Positions 42,151-61,021 of a stretch of DNA of 64,000 nucleotides are shown here, piece after piece. A program made the position numbers and the translations under genes. Within the stretch, counting starts at the first letter, position 1, and each line of letters begins with the position of its first letter. The notes beneath the pieces were generated by a model. It was not told the DNA's origin. It saw nothing but the letters and a program-made list of their open reading frames with translations, and ran no database searches. The DNA is taken from NCBI RefSeq assembly GCF_009914755.1, contig NC_060946.1; one strand, written 5' to 3'. The stretch comes from the human T2T-CHM13v2.0 reference genome, Homo sapiens.

Positions 42151-43110
42151 GCAAGCCCCCGCTCAGCCCCTCCCTGCCTGCCTTGGGGCTTGGAGACCCC
42201 ACAGGAGGGGCTCCTCTCATCTGAGCTCCCTGGCATTTGCCTGGTTTTATACTCAGCACCCACCAGGGAGCTCACGGGATGGAGGAGGGAGTGGGCCGTG
42301 CCCCCAAGGGGTTGTTGGGGTCTTCTGCAGCACAGCTCACCCAGCGGGCCCCAGGGTCCAGGAAAGAGCCCCTTAGGTGGTGGCCACAGCCAGGCCTGCA
42401 GAGGAGGCCGAGGCCAGGGTGACTGCCTCAGAGTAGCAAGAAAGGCCCGCTGCCCGCAGCCTCTCCCCTGGTTCTCAGAACCAGCCAAGAGTGTCTAAGG
42501 AGCAAGAGGAAGACAACGATCTTTATGAGGGTCCACTAGATGTACCCGACACCCCAAACTTGGAAGGTGTCACATGACCATTTCCTCCAGCGTGTTTTCA
42601 GTTCAGCGCCCCTAAGAACCTCATGAAAGCTTTGGGCCCTCCCCGGAAAGACTCACCCAGGATGTCACATGTATTCAGGGAGCCCATCCTAGCCTGTGGG
42701 CCCCAAACTGCTCAGGGATGTTAGCAGGTCCAGAGCTCTCAGGGGTGAGCCGGGTGCCCAGAGGACACAGGGTGGCATGGGGAGGGGGTCCAGGCAGGAG
42801 CATGCAGTATGCACCCCTCCTGGTCGGCCTGGGAGTCTGGAGCACATGATGGCTGCTGGCGCCTGGGCTGCCCCCATAGGGCTGTCCACAGGCCACAGAG
42901 GAAGCTGCAGATGTCCCCACTGCCATTGCTCCCTGGAGACAGAGGTTGGAGAACCATCCTCACCCACACCTGGTCCAGGTGCCTTGAGCTGCACCTCCCC
43001 AGGCAGCTGCTGCCCAGCCCTGGTGACTGCACCTGGGCCCAGGAAGGCCCCATCCTGCTGTCACTTGGGCTTGCCCAGGCTCCCTGTGACTTTTGGCCCT
43101 GGCCCCACAG

Positions 43111-43286
43111 GATGCCTATGACAATGTGACCCTGGACATGGAGCTGGCTCACCGTGAGGGCTGGTGTTTTGGGGCCAAGCCGGTGCGGGGCGCATACCTG
43201 GCCCAGGAGCGAGCCTGTGCATCAGAGATCGGATATGAGGACCCCATCAACCCCATGTACGAGGCCACCAACACCATGTACCACAG
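43111..43286 (+). pseudogene. PRODHLP: PRODHLP exon [29 protein letters not shown]...TNTMYHR
   Basis: 176 nt, AG/GT bounded. The FAD-binding KLVRGAY motif is present as KPVRGAY. Confidence 0.94.
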
Positions 43287-43849
43287 GTGCGCAGCTCTCC
43301 CACCCCTCTGTCTTCTCAGGGCAGGGCGCCAAGAAACCAGGCCTGAGGGAGAGGCTTGGAGACTGAACTTGTCAGCCACATGTGTCCCCAGGTCAGAACT
43401 GGTATTTCCTCAGCTTTTATGTCATGTGTTACTTTTTCAAAAGCATTAAGGTTATTCTTTTATAAATATAGAAAAGCCTATTGAACAAAGTAAAATTGGC
43501 CACAGTTCCCTGAGCCTGCTCCTGCAGACACTTAGATCCAGAGATGTGCATGAACACTCGGTCCTCCCCACCCTGCAGGCTCAGCCTGTTTGCTTTTCAG
43601 TTCACACAGTGGGATCGCCCATCAGCTGTTCTGCACCTGCTTTTACTGCTCTAGTTTCTTGGTGATCTTTTCATGTAGCACAGGCTGGCCAACCATGGGC
43701 TTTTCCTCTTAGAGGCGTGTGTGCATGCTGCAAATTCAGAGAGACCCCAAGTGCCTCCTGGTTGGCTCCAGCTCCCCTCCTGCAGCCGCTGTGCATGTCG
43801 TGCCACAGCGCACACATCTCCGCCATTGTTGTTTGCGCTGTAGCGTGTC

Positions 43850-44450
43850 CTCTGCCCGATGTGTTTTTCATTTCGCGTTCCATCTGGGTCCTCTTGTGTG
43901 GGCTTGCAGAGTGGTGCTGTCAACAGCCAGCATGGAGTGCCCGGGGCTATGTGTCCAGCATCTTTGATCTTACTGGTTTTCAGTCTGGTTATTGTAACAG
44001 GGACTCGCTGGACATACCGTCACCCTCTGTGGTACACACGGGCCGTCAGGGGTTTTGTGTCTGAGGATGCAGCTGTCCTAGGTTGCTGGAAATGGAATTG
44101 CTGGGTCAGAGAGAATGTGCGCATGGTCAAGCCTGCTGAGTGTCCTCGCTGCAGGAGGGCCGTACTGCTCGGGCTTCCTGGTGCACCGGGATGCCCACCC
44201 CCACTGTGCCCTACAGGGACCTGCTTCCCTTTTATTTCCTTTCAGGGCCAGGGGTGCACTGTACGATCCCTCCCCAGACGCAAAGCTGTGTCTGTCATGA
44301 GGCTTATGGGCATGTTTGGGCTGGTCCCCAGAGTCACGGCACGTTTGATGCAGGGACGCTGTGCCCCAGCTGGTTCTGTGTGAATTGTCTGGTCCCAGAC
44401 ATCGCTTTTGCTTGGTTGCTGGTCTTTCTTTTTCATGAGGTGCTGGGAGG
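43850..44450 (-). mobile_element. Ancient L1ME-like fragment
   Basis: Contains gaaatggaattgctgggtcaga and other reverse L1 ORF2 3' motifs. Confidence 0.5.
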
Positions 44451-44614
44451 GGCAGATGCTGCTCCTGTTCCTCCTGATCCTGTGGATACCCTTGGAAAGA
44501 GCCAGCTCACTGGATGGATCTGGGTCTGCCTTCGGCCTCCTCTCTGTGCAGCTGGTAATGAGAGGTGCAGGCGACCACAGGCCTGGAACTGGGCTCACAT
44601 GGCACTCTTCACAG

Positions 44615-44713
44615 GTGCCTGGACTACGTGCTGGAGGAGCTGAAGCACAACGCCAAGGCCAAGGTGATGGTGGCCTCCCACAATGAGGACACAGTGCGCT
44701 TCGCACTGCGCAG
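44615..44713 (+). pseudogene. PRODHLP: PRODHLP exon CLDYVLEELKHNAKAKVMVASHNEDTVRFALR
   Basis: 99 nt, AG/GT bounded, with the ASHN motif. Confidence 0.93.
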
Positions 44714-44965
44714 GTAGGTGTGCCCCACCCTGCACCGAAACCCCAACCTGAGCCGTTGTCTCCTCCAGCTGGGGAGAGGTGGCAGCAGTGCAGAGCTCAG
44801 GGTGGGCAGAGTGACCTGCTGGGTGGTCGGGCATTTGTGGGGAAAGGCTGGTGAAATGAGCTGGAGGGTGGCTTCAGTGGGCAGGCCCAGGCCCGCTGGC
44901 ATTCTGGACATCGGACTGTGAGAGCACAATGGCTCTTTGCAGTTACGTTGGTTTTTAAAATTAAC

Positions 44966-45266
<301 letters not shown>

Positions 45267-47427
45267 TAACATTTGACTTATTAAACTTCACAATTAAAAA
45301 ACTAAATTTCATCAGGGTATTCGGATGGCTCCTGAAAGGTACAAATGTAGTGTTGGAGCCCAGTCCCTCAGGAGGCCTCCACAGCGCTGCCTCATTTATA
45401 AGCAGTTCCCTTAACATTTTAACTACATCTGGAATGTAACGGTTTGTTTTCTCTTTAAACATTTGTCCCATGGAGCACAACTTCGGTAGAATTCTAACAA
45501 GTCAAATGCAGAAGTTAGGTGAAGTCAGTTCTTGGATACTCCTGTACTGTCACCCTGGTCTTATCTCATGCCTTAGCCCAAGCTATGCACACAATGGGGT
45601 CCTAGGTCCCCCTCCCCTCCCAGATTCCGCCTTCCCAGGGATGGGACCCCCTAGAACCCTCGGAGGCCTGGGCAGTGGCCTCGCTGGCTCTCGCCTTCCT
45701 AGGAGCTGAGCAGGAGCTCCACTCTCAGCAGGGCAGGGTGCCCCAGATCCATGACTTGTGGCACGAAGGGGCTCCCCAAGAAGCTGTGAAGCCACAGGGC
45801 CAGGCTTGGGGCCAGGGCTGCAGCCAACAGGACACATCCTGGTGCTGCTCGGGAGCTGACTCACGGCTCTGAAATCATTCAGTGATGTCCACATTCAGCC
45901 TTTGTTTACGATGCTGCTACTTTTTCATGGCCTGAAATTGCAGCACACCCATTTTTGTGCCCTGATCCTCTGCTAATTGTCATAGATGTGTCGGTGATGG
46001 GACAGACTCACTTTCTCCACACGCACAGGCCTGGTGGCCAGCACTGCCCAGCACTCGGGAGCTGGTGGGGGTTCCTCTCAGCTTGTAATCAGGACTCCCA
46101 GCCTCTGGGTGGACTCTCAATGCTGGTGGACTCACAGCCTGACTAGACACATCACCATCCAACTCCGAAAGGACAGCCCGCCCTCAGCAGGGCTTCCTCT
46201 CTCCAGCTTAGCCCCGGCACCTGTCTGTCCCTACTATCTTGCTGTGGCAGTGGCTTCCCCAGTGGACACAGCTTCCCCCTCCCGAGTGGCAGCCGGGCTC
46301 TCTCCTCTTGGCCCCAAGGGCCCTGTGCCGGGCTCCCCCAGTACCATGCTCACATCCCTGCCTGAGAGGCTGGACCCCTGCAGGCTTCAGCTCTGCCCCT
46401 GCTGTGGGTGGCTGGGGAGCTCTGGGGAGCTGGGGTCCCCTCCCATGGGTAAGTGGTTCTAGACTATGGCAGCTGCTCTGTCCTGTGCTGGGCCCAGACT
46501 GCCACACCACCCACCCTCAAACAACCCGAGTTGGCTTTGGCCAAGGAACAAACCAGCCCCAAACTTAGAGGCTGGAACAGTGGCATGTTCTGTAGGCCAG
46601 GGGTGGGCTGGCTCAGCTGATGCTTCTGCTGCTGGCTGTGCCTGTGTCCCTCCTGCGTCTGTGATCTGGGGCCGGTGGGGCCTAATGAGCTCATTCATGG
46701 CTGGTGTAGTAAAGGAGACTACATCCTGGGTCCAGCGTCCCACAGGCCAGCCCAGGCTTGGGCACGTGGTGGGCTCAGGCTTCCAGAAGGCCTGGAGAGG
46801 GCAAGCCTCTGCTTGTGTCACCTTTGGTACCTCCCTGTTGGCCAAAGTGCCTCACGAGGCCAAGCCCAGATGCCAGGTGGAGTGAGCCACTGTCCTGTGC
46901 TGGGAGGAGCCGCAGTCACATGGCAGAGGCTGTGCACACCAGCAGGGGAGGGGGCAGCCAGCAGTGGCACCCGGCTCTCGGGTTCATGTCCTGGGGTTGA
47001 GGAAGACACAAGATGGAAGCCAGGGCGATGTGGCAGAGATGGGTGCCTGCTTTAGACTGGGTGGTCCCGACACTGGAGCCCAGCCCAGGGATGGAGGGAA
47101 AGGGCCTCTGGCCGATGGGTACTCTGGGAGCCAGGGCTGGGGCAGATGGAGAACAGGGGAGGTGAGGCCCTCGGGGAGGGAGTGGGAAGCACAGCACAGG
47201 CACTGCCAGTCACCCGGGTGATGCGTGAGCAGCAGGCGGAACTCGCCCCAGGCTGGGGGACCCAGTGCTGTGCAGACCAGCGAAGTCGGGATACCTGGAT
47301 ATAGTAAGCTGGAGATGAAACTTGAGAACTGTCACTGCGTGGATATTTCAAACCCTGAGAATCTTTGTAAGACCCTATACGGGGTGGTGTGAAGACAGGA
47401 CAGAGTGGAGGCCCCACCCCAGTATCT

Positions 47428-47720
47428 GAGCAGTGCTAATAGATGTATAATGCAAGCCACATCTGTAATTTAAAGTTTTTTGGTAGCTACGTTAAAAGAT
47501 AAAATGAATTTCAAGAATACATTTTAATTAACCCAAAATATACAAAATATTACTTCAAATTGTATTCAAGTTGATTTTAGAAAAGCAATGCGGCATCGTG
47601 CATTTTTCTAGAAAGTCTCCTAAATCCCGTGTGTATTTGACATTTGCAACACATCTCGATTCAGAGCAGCCGCCTTCCGAGGACTCGGGGGCTGGTGGCA
47701 GCTGTGTGGGACACAGCAGC
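47428..47720. mobile_element. MER33/MER3-like hAT DNA transposon
   Basis: AT-rich island: aatagatgtataatgcaagccacat...tgtgtatttgacatttgcaacacatctc. Confidence 0.65.
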
Positions 47721-48213
47721 TGTGGGGATGGGGCAGAGCAGCAGCCCACAGAGGGCGAGGGCAGGGGCCGGAGACCAGTCATACCACAGAACCCTGGAGG
47801 GGCTTGAGGAAGGGATGGCAGGAGAGCTGAGGAGCTTCTCTGCCCTGTGGGGCAGGCTGCTGGGTGGGTCAAAGCCCCAGAAGGGCTGCACCTCCAAGAA
47901 GGGAGGTAGAGGAGAGGTGGGAGAGAGGAGGGTAGGGAAGGCAGGAGGGGGGCCTTGTTGGCTAAGGGCTGAGGCCTCCCCAGGGAGAAGAGTAGGGCAG
48001 CCCAGCAGAGTCCTGCTGGGAAGAGGCCTCACTGGGAGAGGGCCGGACAGAGCCTATATCCCAACCCCACTTCAAAGGGGATAAAGTCTGGAGAGTGTAG
48101 ATGGGGGACCTGGGGTGGCAGGACAGGGTCAGAGCTGGGACAGGGGCCCTGTACCCCTGCACCGGGGACAGTGTCCTGGAATTAGCCCTCAGCTCCTGGC
48201 TTTACCTGCACAG

Positions 48214-48291
48214 GATGGAGGAGCTGCGCTTGCATCCTACTGTACTTTGGACAGCTGCTAGGCATGTGTGACCAGATCAGCTTCCCGCTGG
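48214..48291 (+). pseudogene. PRODHLP: PRODHLP penultimate exon with frameshifting deletion
   Basis: Reads MEELRLHP/YFGQLLGMCDQISFPL. It is 78 nt versus 89 expected from the recalled PRODH sequence. Confidence 0.88.
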
Positions 48292-48367
48292 GTGAATGGG
48301 GCCCTCCCTGGTGCGATGGAGTGTGGTGCTGGGCCTGGGCCTCATGGCATTATCTGCCCCCATGCAG

Positions 48368-48541
48368 GCCAGGCTGGCTACCCTGTGTACAAGTATAGGG
48401 CTGTAGGTGCTGTCATACGTGTCCTGCCACGCCCTGGAGAACAGCAGCCTCGTGAAGGGTGCCCGTCGGGAGCGGCAGCTGCTGTGGCTGGAGCTCTTGA
48501 GGTGGCTCCGAACTGGCAACCTCTTCCATTGCCCCACCTAG
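48368..48541 (+). pseudogene. PRODHLP: PRODHLP last coding exon, degenerate
   Basis: Reads QAGYPVYKY...ALENSSL...RERQLLWLELL...TAG. VPYGPVME is lost and YLSRR has become YVSCH. Confidence 0.88.
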
Positions 48542-48888
48542 CACCCCCCCGCCCCCGCCCAGGCCATCACCACAGCTGCAGCCAACCCCATCCTCACACA
48601 GATTCACCTTTTTTCACCCCACACTTGCAGAGCTGCTGGAGGTGGAGTCAGGTGCCTCCCAGCCCTGCCAATGGTGGGGGCACTCAGGTGTGGGCTGACC
48701 CTGATACCTGCCTGGGATAGCCGCTGGTAACTGTTAGGAACTTTCCTCGGATGTGTGGGCCCAAGGCCCCCACCTCTGTGACCCCCATGTCCTTGGACCT
48801 AGAGGATTGTCCACCTTCTCCCAAGGCCAGCCCACATAGCCCGAGCCCCTCGGGGAGCAGTGGCCGGGCTGGGGAGGCCTGCCTGGTC

Positions 48889-48894
48889 AATAAA
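48889..48894 (+). terminator. PRODHLP: Polyadenylation signal of PRODHLP
   Basis: AATAAA about 350 nt after the ancestral stop codon. Confidence 0.7.
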
Positions 48895-49621
48895 CCACTG
48901 TTCCTGCAGCTGAGAGCCCTTTGCCCTCACACAGGGTCAGCTCTGGGCAACAAAGAGGGAGTGGCTCAGACAGGGTCAGAGAAGTCTCATCCCAAACTCT
49001 GGCTTCCAGCATCATCTGTTCCTGGAGGCCAGGCCCTGCGCAGACCTGGCCACCCAGGGTGCTGGACACCCCCAACCCTGACTCCACAAGGACCCAGCAG
49101 GGCCCATGGGCCCAGGCCAGCACGGAGGGGACTCATGCAGATGCAGAAGCCAAGCTCCCCAGGTGGCCCTGGCATGCCTCCCCGCAGGGCTCCTCCTCAG
49201 GCCATTCCTGCCACCCTGAGTCCTCTATCCCAGTGACCTGCATCAGGCTCCTCCTAGTGGTTCCCACAGGACACTGACCAGGCTGCGGCAGGCGCATACT
49301 TGCACTCCGGGCCTTCTCCCATGCTCTCCAGCCCCCAGCCCCACAAAGCAGGCTGGATGTGGTCCTCATGCCCTGGGGCTTGGATGGGGGCCCCTGTACA
49401 GATGGCAGTGACAGCATCCTGGGACCAGGGCTGGGGCAGGAAAGGCTGGAGGGTCCCAGTCTCCAGGCAGGGGGAGGGGTGGTGGGCTGGGCACACAGCC
49501 CAGGAAGGGGCCCCCAGGTAGAGGCCTCTGCTGCAACAGAGGTGGGGGCCCTACCAGGGCCCCGGTTATGGCAGAACCTGCAGCTATCACACAAGCCACA
49601 TGTGGGCCACACTGAGGCATC

Positions 49622-49627
49622 TTTATT
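49622..49627 (-). terminator. DGCR6L: DGCR6L polyadenylation signal
   Basis: AATAAA on the minus strand about 370 nt downstream of the stop codon. Confidence 0.8.
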
Positions 49628-49999
49628 TCTCTGGGTCACACAGAGCTTGGGCCTGGGAGCCTCTTCTGCATGGGGGCTGCAGCTGCCAAGGGAGCGGCTG
49701 AGACCAGAACAAGCGCTCGGGTGGGCCCCAGTGCAGGTTGGGATGTGCCCGGTGGAGTAAGGTGTGAGAACCCCCAGCCTCACTCTCTGCCTGGTCCTGA
49801 AGCAGACAGCAGCAGGCTGGCCCAGCCTCCCCTTTATGAGACTATCCTAGGGTTTGACAGCAAGTCCCAGATGAAGGGTGACAGGCAGCTGGGGTCCACC
49901 TGGTCTCTCCTCAGCAGGGGGAACCCCCTGCGGGCAGCTGGGAAGGCAGTGGCCAAAGGTCAAGAAGATGAACTCTGCCCAGACTTCTGCTGCCTGTGG

Positions 50000-55311
<5,312 letters not shown>

Positions 55312-57494
55312 GGCGCGGACGCCCGCTAGCCGCCGGCGGCGGCGACGAGCTCCCCCAGCTTCACGACATCCCGAGCGCGGCGCGTCCCGCCCCTTTTACG
55401 ATTGTCCCACGCGCGGCGCGCTCCGCCCCCTTTTACGACAGTCCCGAGAGGGCCTGGCCGCCTGCCCCGCCCTGCCCCGCGCCCCGCCGCCTGCTTATTC
55501 AGGAGGCGCGCCCCGCTCCTCTGCGGAGACTCCAAGGAGGGTTTTGCTCAGCCCAGGCTCGCACCTGCCTGCTCCCCGCGCGACATTAAAGGCGAGACTC
55601 CGCCGTCTGGATATCGCAGGACCACGGAGAATCCCACCGGCCCTTGCTGAGTCATTGCGGGCCGAGGTCCGGGCTCCGCGCCGGCGCGCCTGCGAGGTGG
55701 ACTGTCCCGGTCACCGGCCTCCCCAGAGGCAGGGGTCTCGGGCCAGAGCCCACAGGACCTGGGTCTAAGGCACCATCCGCGGCCGAGCAGTGGCGCTGGG
55801 GTCTGTCTGCGTCCTCCCCGCCCCCGGGGTGAGACAGACAGGACCGCCCTAGAGCCTCTGGGTCAGGACAGTCGGAGCCAGAGTCCCCATCTGGGCCTCC
55901 GTGGCCCCCAGCCCGTGAGCCCAGACTGCGCTCTCCCCGCTCCACAGGCCAGCTGCTGGGCCGGGGCTGGGGGGCTTCTGGTGGCTGGGGCTGAACCGTC
56001 TAGGAACAGGCTTTAATAGGAGGGGCTCGGGTGGAGGAATGGCTCCTGCAAAGGCCCTGCCAGAGTCAGGTCAGGTGGGTGGGCGAGAGGACCAGTGTGG
56101 CCAGGCTGCGGAAGCCAGCACAGGAGACAAGGGCGGGTGCTGTGCATTACAGAGGCTGCTGGGGGCTTGTCCATAGAGCAGCAGGGGGCACGGAAGGGCT
56201 TGGGGACGCAGACACGATCAGACTTGCATTTCATCAGGCACTCTTTAGCTGCCTGCTGGGTGGCTGGGCTGTGTGAGATGACCCTGCTTTGACCAGGTTA
56301 GGAATTATGACTGGTTTCCAGAGAGAACATTGGTTAGTAATTGGCTATGGGGAAGAGGGGGCGTTGAGCCAACCAACTGGGGTCCCCCTGAAGTGCCAGC
56401 AAAGTGTCTGGTTTTCTCCAGGATCTGTTTCCTCAGTCCCTGGCAGGATTGGCTCCCCTGCACGCCATGTCCTTGTGGTCCCTTCCAGACAGAAACCAGG
56501 CATGAATAAAGTGAATAATGACAAGCGCTCAGGCCACTGCCGTGGAGGGCGGTCCACAACCCAGAGCTGGTCATGCGCCGGGCACCCTGGCCTCCAGGTC
56601 CCTCAGAATGGCAGGAGCTGGAGGTGGGACTCGAGATTGTGGGAGCTGAGTCTGTAGTGAGTGACCAGGAGCCAGCTGGGGCTGGGCTTGGTCACTGTCA
56701 CCTCCCCCGGAGGTGGTGAGTGGGATGATTAGCTGGGTGAAGACGCCTGCCTGTTTCACCAGTGTCCCTGCCCTCAGTCCCCCAGTCCATGAAGAGTGTC
56801 TGTGTGGAGACTGGGAGGATATAGGGCAGCCCCACGTGATGATATGTCTGTGGCCAGCTGGGCAACACTGTCGCCAGCTCCGGGGTCTGCCAGGTGGGGT
56901 GGGGGCTGTGAGCCACAGCAGGAGCAGGCCAGGCCTGGGTTTGGACACCTGCTCCTCTGCCTTGTCCGGGTGCTGATGCAGGAAGGCCCCTTCTCCAACC
57001 CTTGGTGCAACGTCTGACCTGAACCAGCTTCCCCAGCCCAGCAACACTGCTCCCCTAATGTGGATGTCAACCTAAAGAAACAAACTGAACCACAGTTCAT
57101 ATAGAGAGTTTGTCTGGGCCAAGGCTGAGAGAGCTGCCCAGGACACACCAAGTTGCCCTGGGAGTGCTTCATTCAGCCTTATTACAAGCAAGGTTTTAAA
57201 GACTGAAGGGGACAAGGAGTGGGCTGATATGAAGTCAGCAGGAATTCTGACTGCTTTCCAGAGAGAACCCTTAGTGACTGGCTATAAGGTGTTGGACTAC
57301 TGGGTAAGAGTTATGGTGTCCAGCGTATGGCTTTTTATGCCTACTTGGTGTCAGTCTGGAACCCACAGAGCAATTGGCTTCAAGAGGTCGTTAGCTCAAG
57401 TAGGAGTGGGATGTGACTGCTGTTTCATTCCAGTGCCTCTCTGGGCCAGATAATTAAAGGGAGCTCACATTCCTCAGATAAAAAAGTTCCTTTC

Positions 57495-57660
57495 GCATTA
57501 GGAGAAATACGTAATGTAGATGATAGGTTCATGGGCACAGCAAACCACCATGGCACGTGTATACCTATGTAACAAACCTGCACGTTCTGCACATGTACCC
57601 CAGAACTTAAAAGAATATATATATGAATATATATATATACTTTATACATATATATATAAA
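57495..57660 (+). mobile_element. Short L1PA 3' end with a (TA)-rich tail inserted in the MER31 LTR
   Basis: gcattaggagaaatac...acctatgtaacaaacctgcacgttctgcacatgtacccc is the L1PA 3'UTR. Confidence 0.88.
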
Positions 57661-57668
57661 CTTCCATT

Positions 57669-57669
57669 G

Positions 57670-57702
<33 letters not shown>
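57669..57702. repeat. (CA)n microsatellite
   Basis: Seen directly in the sequence. Confidence 0.95.
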
Positions 57703-57707
<5 letters not shown>

Positions 57708-58114
57708 TCCTTTTCTTTTTCATGGACATGAGCAGTATGTCACTCAGGCATGGGGACTCCTGGGCCACCTCTGGGTCTTCAGGGAGGGCCTGGTCTGGAA
57801 GGAGGGGTCTCATCCTCCAGAGCCCCAGGGATGGGTGATATATGTGTAGGAATGGGGGAGCTGGTTCGCAGACGTGCGTTTCCCCTGTGTGTGTGGACAC
57901 GATGGGCCCCATGGCTCTTCCCGTCGGGTGGTATCCACCGAAGGCCTTTGCTCTGCGGCCACTGTCCACCTCCACTTGGCCTCCCGAGTCCACCAGGCTG
58001 GCTGGTGACACCTTGGGTTAGTGTGGGGTGACTGGTGTGTGTTGGGGAGCTGCAGGTCCCCTGTCTCTGACACAGCTGTGTCTGGGCAAACACCAAGGTT
58101 TGAAGGAGTGGGTG

Positions 58115-58116
<2 letters not shown>

Positions 58117-58166
<50 letters not shown>

Positions 58167-58193
58167 CGCGCGCGCACGCGCGCGCACGTGTGT
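58117..58193. repeat. (TG)21(CG)8 compound microsatellite
   Basis: 77 nt of uninterrupted purine-pyrimidine alternation. Confidence 0.95.
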
Positions 58194-59089
58194 CAAAAGG
58201 CTTTGCTGCATGCCTTTTGTGTGGCTCTTTGTCACATGTGCCTTTCTGTGTTTCTCTGTGAGTTTTCATGTGTCAGGTTGTATGTCTGTTGTGTGGGCGG
58301 AGAAACAGCTCTGCTGTGGGGCCCTGAGCCATTGCAGGATCCCCATAGGCCATGCAGAGGTGCACACAGCACCTGACCTAAGCCTGCTCCTCCCAGAACA
58401 TCAGGCTGCACCCAGGCCACCGCTCACTCCGTCTGTCTCCCGAGACTGTTCCTCACTTCCTGCCTCACTGGCCCTGGTGAGGGTGAGGCTCCCTGCCCCC
58501 GGCCCTCAAAACAGAGCTGCAGATGAGGACGCCACCCAGCTGCAGTGTCAAGGGGCTCCTCCACAGTGGGTGTCCCGCAACGCATGCTCTCTGACCCCTT
58601 TTGTTTCAGTGTTGTCCTTTTTAGTGTGTGGCACCAGGACAGCAGGGAGCTGCCACCTCAGGCTTCTCTTATTTTCACTCTGTGAGTAATAAGGTCTGAA
58701 TGAGAGGGGCTCATTGTGTCTTTACTGTCAAATCAGTCAGGCCTTGGCCTTGGCATGTCTTGCGTGTGCTTGACAAATGTATTGCTCATGGGGTCTGGTG
58801 GAGGCACAGCACCCTTTTAGAAGACAGGGTCTGTGCGGACCAGTTACGGGTGACATTTCCTAGGCACAGCTCTTGCCTAAGTGGTGTGGGATGGGAGGAG
58901 GGCGGGGCTTCCCACTGTCCCACCAGCAAAATGGGCTGTGTGGCCAGCTCCTCAGGACCCGAGAGCATTTGCTCCAGGTTGATAAAATGTTGCGGTGTTG
59001 GGTGGCAAGAGTAGGATTGAAACCAGCCACCCAGTTGGTGCTTTGTTACCATCAGAAGTGTTTGCTGAGTCAAAGCAAATGGCCACTCA

Positions 59090-59410
<321 letters not shown>

Positions 59411-59837
59411 CCATCCATCCACCCCAGAGTGAGTCAGCTGGGGCTGCTGCATTGCTCCTCCCTCACCCACAGGATTCCCTGGTTCCAGCCAGGAGACGAT
59501 GGTCAACAGCCACTGCTGTAGTGGTGCCTAGTTAAAACTCTTTGGTTTCTGTCTCTGTAAAAAAAAGTGTCTAATTGCATTTGGGCAAAAAACTTGCAGT
59601 GAAGAGAGAAAAAGAGATGAAAGCAACCTGTGAGGGAGGCTCGGGTTGACGTGCGGCATGTGCTGTTTGAGTGTGATGAGTGTGTCGGTTTGCACTGTAG
59701 ATGCTCAGGAAGTGAGGATATGTGGAGTGCTGACTGTATACATGATGCCTCCACTGGCTGGCTGAGTAGAGTTTCATGAAACAATGTTGGTGGACTCAGC
59801 CCTGAATCCCTCAGGCATTCAGAGAGCAACCTCTGTC

Positions 59838-59943
59838 TTTTTTTTTTTTTTTTTTTTTTTGAGATGGAGGCTCGCTCTGTTGCCCAGGCTGGAGTGCAGT
59901 GGTGCAATCTCGGCTCGCTGCAACCTCTGCCTTCCGGGTTCAA
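59838..59943 (-). mobile_element. Alu right-arm fragment
   Basis: Poly(T) followed by the reverse Alu 3' end. Confidence 0.85.
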
Positions 59944-60039
59944 ATGTCCTGGCTTTAATTTCACAGATTCTTTCTTCTGTTTCTTCTGTTTGATCAAGTC
60001 TGCAATTGAAATTCTCTATTGCATTTTCATTTCATTCAT

Positions 60040-60474
<435 letters not shown>

Positions 60475-60638
60475 TAGTAAATTTCACTGAGCTGTCTTAA
60501 ATCAATTATTTTGAATTGTCAGACAATTTGTAGATCTCTATTTTTGGGGGGTTGATTACAGGAGATTTATGAGTTTATTTTGGTAGTGTCATATTTGCTG
60601 ATTCTTCATGATCTACAGACTTTCATTAATGTCTATGA

Positions 60639-61021
<383 letters not shown>

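Larger units (their letters stand above)
57065..57722 (-). mobile_element. Solo MER31-type ERV1 LTR with TSD tgga
   Basis: tgga|tgtcaacc...cttttca|tgga; resembles the recalled MER31 consensus. Confidence 0.8.

Noticed and set aside
44836-44847. tgtggggaaagg resembling the start of a HERV-K LTR
   Set aside because: Similarity stops after about 10 nt.
57607-58689. ORFs rich in CVCV/HTHT/ARAR
   Set aside because: These are translations of microsatellites.
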